Shown: positions 15,886-20,000 of the stretch, in pieces
Numbering within the stretch: position 1 is the first letter of the stretch
Layout of the letters: the number at the start of each line of letters is the position of its first letter
DNA from: an uncultured virus (IMG/VR IMGVR_UViG_3300005512_000015)
Taxonomy: Duplodnaviria > Heunggongvirae > Uroviricota > Caudoviricetes
Direction: 5' to 3' (one strand)
Length of the DNA stretch: 20,000 bases
Virus record (IMG/VR): IMGVR_UViG_3300005512_000015
Translations under genes and position numbers: made by a program
Notes under the pieces: model-generated
Database searches by the model: none
What the model was told of the DNA's origin: nothing
What the model saw: only the letters and a program-made list of their open reading frames with translations

Positions 15886-16089
15886 TTATTTTTTGAGTTT
15901 TTTTACAACTTCCGCATATGATATGTCTATATTTGGAGAGTTTGGAATATTGCAAGCTCCACAACGTCCACCTATATTCATAATCTTTTTAAGTTGATCT
16001 TCAGATAGTGCTGGATATGTCTGCATAAAATCAGACACATCCTTAACACATATCATATTACATTGGCATACGACGTCTGAATCATTCAT
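15886..16089 (-). CDS. Bfd-like [2Fe-2S]-binding protein
   Basis: VVCQCN...GGRCGAC (CxC...CxxC). Confidence 0.75.
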   Translation of the reverse strand: MNDSDVVCQCNMICVKDVSDFMQTYPALSEDQLKKIMNIGGRCGACNIPNSPNIDISYAEVVKKLKK

Positions 16090-16943
16090 TAGTCGTCTAA
16101 CAATTGTCCAAGTGTAGCTGGACCAGCAATACCATCTGCACCCAATCCATTAGCTGCTTGCCATTCTTTTAAAGCTTTTTCAGTTCCAGCTCCAAAGATA
16201 CCATCTGCAGTTAATCCTAGAGCGGCTTGCATCATTTTAACACCTTCGCCGCGTGAACCTTTACGTAGTAATCCAATGTCTTCAATATCAAGTGTTTCAC
16301 CTTCTTCTTTATCATGCTCTGGAACATCTACGCCCATAGCTTCTAAACACATTTCCCAATGATGAATACGATCTTCAAGACCAATATAACCACCATTAAT
16401 ACGTTTAGTCATTGTTTTGATATCGCCATTATCAGCATACTTGTTTAAGCCATTTTTATTCCAATACCAGATAGCTGACATTAGCGCAACTTCTTTATCT
16501 TCTGAAACTTGATCTGGATTATCAACAGCGTCTACGCCCATATCTTCTGAAAATGCAGTGTAGTTCGCTTTACCAGTTAATTGAATTGGGCCACGACCGC
16601 GATATCGCCAACCATCACCTGAATCAGTATCACCATTGTCCATACGATTAGCATAAACTACATTAGCAATTTTTTCTGGTTGACGATGATATTCTTCAGC
16701 ATCTCTTCCTGCTCTTACAAAATATTTTCCAAATACTGCATCTAGGGCTTTTGCTGAATAGTTTAAGTTTTCACTGAATACTCTCCAACCGCCTGACTCG
16801 TGACCACATTGTGCAATGAACGCAGCAATACGTTCTGGTGTATCAATATCATATTTTGGAAATACTTCATTCATTGCTTCAACCCAACCTTCTGGATCTT
16901 TACAATTTGGAAATAGTTCTCCAAACTTTTCTGCTGTTAACAT
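16089..16943 (-). CDS. endolysin: GH19 catalytic domain plus C-terminal peptidoglycan-binding domain
   Basis: FIAQCGHES, ENLNYS, YRGRGPIQLTG, INGG..GLEDR; C-terminal LRKGSRGEGVK..Q..L...ADGIFG..T...DGIAGPAT. Confidence 0.92.
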   Translation of the reverse strand: MLTAEKFGELFPNCKDPEGWVEAMNEVFPKYDIDTPERIAAFIAQCGHESGGWRVFSENLNYSAKALDAVFGKYFVRAGRDAEEYHRQPEKIANVVYANRMDNGDTDSGDGWRYRGRGPIQLTGKANYTAFSEDMGVDAVDNPDQVSEDKEVALMSAIWYWNKNGLNKYADNGDIKTMTKRINGGYIGLEDRIHHWEMCLEAMGVDVPEHDKEEGETLDIEDIGLLRKGSRGEGVKMMQAALGLTADGIFGAGTEKALKEWQAANGLGADGIAGPATLGQLLDD

Positions 16944-16970
16944 ATTTGTTCTCCTTTTTATTTTTATTTA

Positions 16971-17333
16971 TTAGATTAGTCGTTCTGCATAATAGTTTTT
17001 TACAGCTTCTATGAGTTCATCGTTTGTAAAAGTTTCACCATTTACTTCGAATACGTTTTGCATAAGATTAGCATATTGTGTGTTTGGCTCAACTACGTGA
17101 ATCATTGCTCGAAAGTTTTTTGTATATGTTTCAATTCTATGATCTTGAACAATATTCAATAAATCATCTTCAAATATAGCATTGGCTAGATCCTGTGCTA
17201 ACTTATATTTAATACCACTTTCTATATGAACAAGTTCGTCTTCTGATATATGAAGAGGAACACTATGTTCTACATGGACTTGTTTAATACGATTTGTTAC
17301 GGGTTTAACGCTCCAACCACTATTATTTGTCAT
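16971..17333 (-). CDS. hypothetical protein (120 aa)
   Basis: GAGGAG RBS, overlaps the upstream stop. Confidence 0.75.
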   Translation of the reverse strand: MTNNSGWSVKPVTNRIKQVHVEHSVPLHISEDELVHIESGIKYKLAQDLANAIFEDDLLNIVQDHRIETYTKNFRAMIHVVEPNTQYANLMQNVFEVNGETFTNDELIEAVKNYYAERLI

Positions 17334-17566
17334 AAGAGCTCCTCAGGGTACTTATCTTTTAGCCAATCAAAATCTTCATTCAATTTATCTAGTTGTTCGT
17401 CAATATATTTAAGTTTTTTCTCGGCATCGTTCTTTTGTTTTATTAGATTTGTGCTTTCCATTAAATAAAAATGCAGGTACGCTTCGTCTGCTGTATCATG
17501 ATAAGCAGATAATTTTTCAATAAGGCCTGTGCTTGGAGAATAATGGAATCCCATTATATGAACCAC
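17330..17566 (-). CDS. hypothetical protein (78 aa)
   Basis: Tiled between neighbours; the start may be the internal Met (MGFHY). Confidence 0.65.
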   Translation of the reverse strand: MVHIMGFHYSPSTGLIEKLSAYHDTADEAYLHFYLMESTNLIKQKNDAEKKLKYIDEQLDKLNEDFDWLKDKYPEELL

Positions 17567-17883
17567 TCTGCATTGTCAAATCTAAATTTTTCACATTTTT
17601 CTATGATTACTGGATTTAGTTGTGTACGAATGTCATTAATCATTTTACGTTTTTCAACGTGCATTTTTTGAATTTCATCAGTGATTGAATTGTATCTATC
17701 AATAATATCTTTATCTAGAATAGGCATAATGCATTCTTTAATCTCTTCTAGTAGATCATTAGGAATTGGATAATACACATGTTGATCAGGGCTCTCAGGT
17801 AAAATAGTATCAATATGATCGTCTTTTAGACAGTTGATATCTAATTCATTTTTGCTATCATTAAAGAATATTTTAAATCGCAT
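17554..17883 (-). CDS. hypothetical protein (109 aa)
   Basis: AGGAG RBS, abuts the upstream stop. Confidence 0.75.
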   Translation of the reverse strand: MRFKIFFNDSKNELDINCLKDDHIDTILPESPDQHVYYPIPNDLLEEIKECIMPILDKDIIDRYNSITDEIQKMHVEKRKMINDIRTQLNPVIIEKCEKFRFDNAEWFI

Positions 17884-18243
17884 TTACCATCTCCTATAGT
17901 GATGAAAATTTAAACCAAGTGCATCATTAATTAAAGCATAATCTGGTTTTTCGTCAATGATTGAATACATTGCGCGAATGCATTTATTTCGATTTTTGGT
18001 TTTTCTAAATCTGTTTCTGATTAATTTAGCTTTGAGTTCTTCGTATGTTTGTTCTTCAATTGTTGGAATATGATTCCACTCGTAGAAGTCTTCTTCAATC
18101 TCGAGAACATCAGCGAGTACCCAAACTTGTTTTTTGGATAATTCGCCTTTTTCCTGAAATTGTTTATGGACAGACTTGATAAAGTCATTTGATTGTAATG
18201 ATTTTGGAATAATAAAGTTAGCAATCTTCATAAACAACCCCAT
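17884..18243 (-). CDS. hypothetical protein (119 aa)
   Basis: First gene after promoter 18259-18280; contains FIKSV..Q....GELS.KQ. Confidence 0.7.
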   Translation of the reverse strand: MGLFMKIANFIIPKSLQSNDFIKSVHKQFQEKGELSKKQVWVLADVLEIEEDFYEWNHIPTIEEQTYEELKAKLIRNRFRKTKNRNKCIRAMYSIIDEKPDYALINDALGLNFHHYRRW

Positions 18244-18258
18244 AATTAATATAGAGTT

Positions 18259-18280
18259 ATTATATAAAAAAATTGCTTAA
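18259..18280 (-). promoter_or_regulatory. promoter TTAA-N12-TATAAT
   Basis: TTAAgcaatttttttaTATAAT. Confidence 0.65.
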
Positions 18281-18283
18281 CTT

Positions 18284-19075
18284 TTACGCAAAAAGAGATT
18301 TTTCTAAATCAATTTCAACATTAATTGATTTTAAATTATTGATAAAGTCTTTTGGAATAGGACTATCTATATAATTTTTAAGGTAAACGCTGTCAAAATT
18401 AAAATATTTTTTATAGACATTGACACGATGTGTTAGAAGACAATCACCTGTTTGCAAAAAGTATCTTATACAATACGGAGAAACAACTAAGAAAATAGTA
18501 TTGTCCTTTTCATCTTGTTTGTCAATCATGATGTGATTTATTTCGTGGATTTCTGTTAATGTGTATTGCATTACTTCAACTAAAAGATCTACAATTTTAG
18601 TGAATACAGATATGAATGTTCCATTTAATTGTTTAAGGTCGTTCATTAAATATTCAAATGCTTTTTCGTGGATTTCTAACCAGATCTTTCCAAAGTCTTT
18701 GTTAAAGTATTCTGCTTTTTCATTGATAATTTGTTTATATGCAGTTTGTGTTTTATTTGCTAAAGAGATAATAATGTCCATGTCGTGCTCTTCCATAATA
18801 TTACTATGGTGGTCAGCGCCAAGCTCAATGCATAAATTTTCAACTTCATATAGCCATCTCGACCACATATCATACTTAAGCAAAAGTATTTCGCGTCTAT
18901 CAGAAGCAAAGAAAAAATTACCATTCACTAATTGATTTAACTGGAATGATTGAACATTTTTCCATTTTTCTAATGCTTTAGACGAATGTATTCTAAATTC
19001 TACACTATTCGGATAAAACTCATATGATTCTAAGAATGTTTTTAAGCGATGCGTGCTCAGTCCTGCGGATGACAT
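18284..19075 (-). CDS. hypothetical protein (263 aa)
   Basis: Long ORF abutting the upstream stop, GGGAG RBS; no recognised motif. Confidence 0.75.
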   Translation of the reverse strand: MSSAGLSTHRLKTFLESYEFYPNSVEFRIHSSKALEKWKNVQSFQLNQLVNGNFFFASDRREILLLKYDMWSRWLYEVENLCIELGADHHSNIMEEHDMDIIISLANKTQTAYKQIINEKAEYFNKDFGKIWLEIHEKAFEYLMNDLKQLNGTFISVFTKIVDLLVEVMQYTLTEIHEINHIMIDKQDEKDNTIFLVVSPYCIRYFLQTGDCLLTHRVNVYKKYFNFDSVYLKNYIDSPIPKDFINNLKSINVEIDLEKSLFA

Positions 19076-19477
19076 TTATTTTAGCTCCCTATTGCCAAAA
19101 GCACTCCCATGATTATACATCATGTGGCCTTGAAATTGATTTAACATTGTTTTAATTTGTTCAATGTCACGCTTTAACTGTGCGTGGTCAGTCTGCTCAA
19201 CCTTCAAATAATCTTCGACTTCATTCAACTTTTTTTCAATTTCTTTCAATTTATTAGACACATCTTCTACATTCAATTGATCTTTATCGCTAATCTCTTT
19301 TACTAATTCTTTTATTTCTTCCGTCGTTGGTTGTTTTTGAACACGTAATAGCATGGGCATTAGTACTTTTTTATATGACAAGCCTAGTACACTAATAACA
19401 ATTAAAATTAATGCAGTGTCAGTTATAGTACCTGCTTCTGCAAGACTACTGAGTATTGCTAACAGACTAGCTTCCAT
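19076..19477 (-). CDS. single-TM coiled-coil membrane protein, late-expressed
   Basis: Hydrophobic ALILIVISVLGL then coiled coil; GAGG RBS; late promoter upstream. Confidence 0.7.
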   Translation of the reverse strand: MEASLLAILSSLAEAGTITDTALILIVISVLGLSYKKVLMPMLLRVQKQPTTEEIKELVKEISDKDQLNVEDVSNKLKEIEKKLNEVEDYLKVEQTDHAQLKRDIEQIKTMLNQFQGHMMYNHGSAFGNRELK

Positions 19478-19507
19478 ATAAACCTCTAAATAAAGTGATA
19501 TTTGTAT

Positions 19508-19515
19508 TATTTATA
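19508..19515 (-). promoter_or_regulatory. T4-type late promoter TATAAATA
   Basis: Exact consensus 30 bp upstream of ATG 19477. Confidence 0.7.
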
Positions 19516-19573
19516 TTAGAAAATTTTAATATGGATTGGTTTTACGAATATTAATACTAAATCATAAAAATTT

Positions 19574-20000
19574 TTAATCCTTTAATTTAAAGGCTTGCAT
19601 CTTTCCATCATTCATTTCACTCATAATTTGACCATTCTTTTCCACTAACCAAATTACTTTTTTATTTAATGCCTTAAAATAATCAATGTCATCATCCCAT
19701 AATCCACCATCAGTTAGTACAACAACTGCTTGATAATCTAGCTTATGTTTCTTTGCCATATCAAGTGCTGGATGTAGATTAGTACCACCATTACCTTTAC
19801 GATCAAAGAGTTTAGTCTTCTTAGATAGTTTTTCTGGTTCATAAGCTTGAGCATCGATTTGAATTAGATCAACTTCAGTTTTAGTGATATCACAAATATG
19901 TTGAACTTCACCAAGAGTTGATAAAACAGCTTGATCATTCATTGAACCAGAAACGTCGGCAACAACTAAAAGATTGAACTTACGATCCTTTGTTTTACCA
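19574..20000 (-). CDS. VWA-domain protein (DUF2201-like), 5' part outside the window
   Basis: Frame is open to the window edge: GKTKDRKFNLLVVADVSGSMND...GNGGT...VLTDG, a complete MIDAS. The track's Met at 19942 is internal. Confidence 0.85.
   Translation of the reverse strand, partial: GKTKDRKFNLLVVADVSGSMNDQAVLSTLGEVQHICDITKTEVDLIQIDAQAYEPEKLSKKTKLFDRKGNGGTNLHPALDMAKKHKLDYQAVVVLTDGGLWDDDIDYFKALNKKVIWLVEKNGQIMSEMNDGKMQAFKLKD

Overview
AT-rich segment of a large T4-like (myovirus-type) phage genome; all credible genes lie on the minus strand. Positions 752-8131 are one tightly coupled eight-gene DNA-hypermodification operon: DUF5664-like dNTP diphosphohydrolase, T4 gp42-like dCMP hydroxymethylase, a second minimal thymidylate-synthase-fold protein, HAD phosphatase, nucleotidyltransferase-kinase fusion, beta-GT-like and alpha-GT-like DNA glycosyltransferases, and a divergent C5-cytosine methyltransferase. 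A PD-(D/E)xK nuclease follows under its own promoter. The rest encodes a probable head-internal protein, ClpP, a GIY-YIG homing endonuclease, an unannotated 48-aa ArfA-like peptide, two spanins, thioredoxin, a MoxR-type AAA ATPase with a distant VWA partner, four tRNAs plus an unidentified structured RNA, a Bfd-like ferredoxin and a GH19 endolysin. Three promoter classes are visible: TTTACA-N17-TATAAT, TTAA-N12-TATAAT (eight copies) and T4-late TATAAATA. tRNA-Arg(GCG) hints at a Campylobacterota host. All family assignments are by-eye motif recognition; no searches were run.
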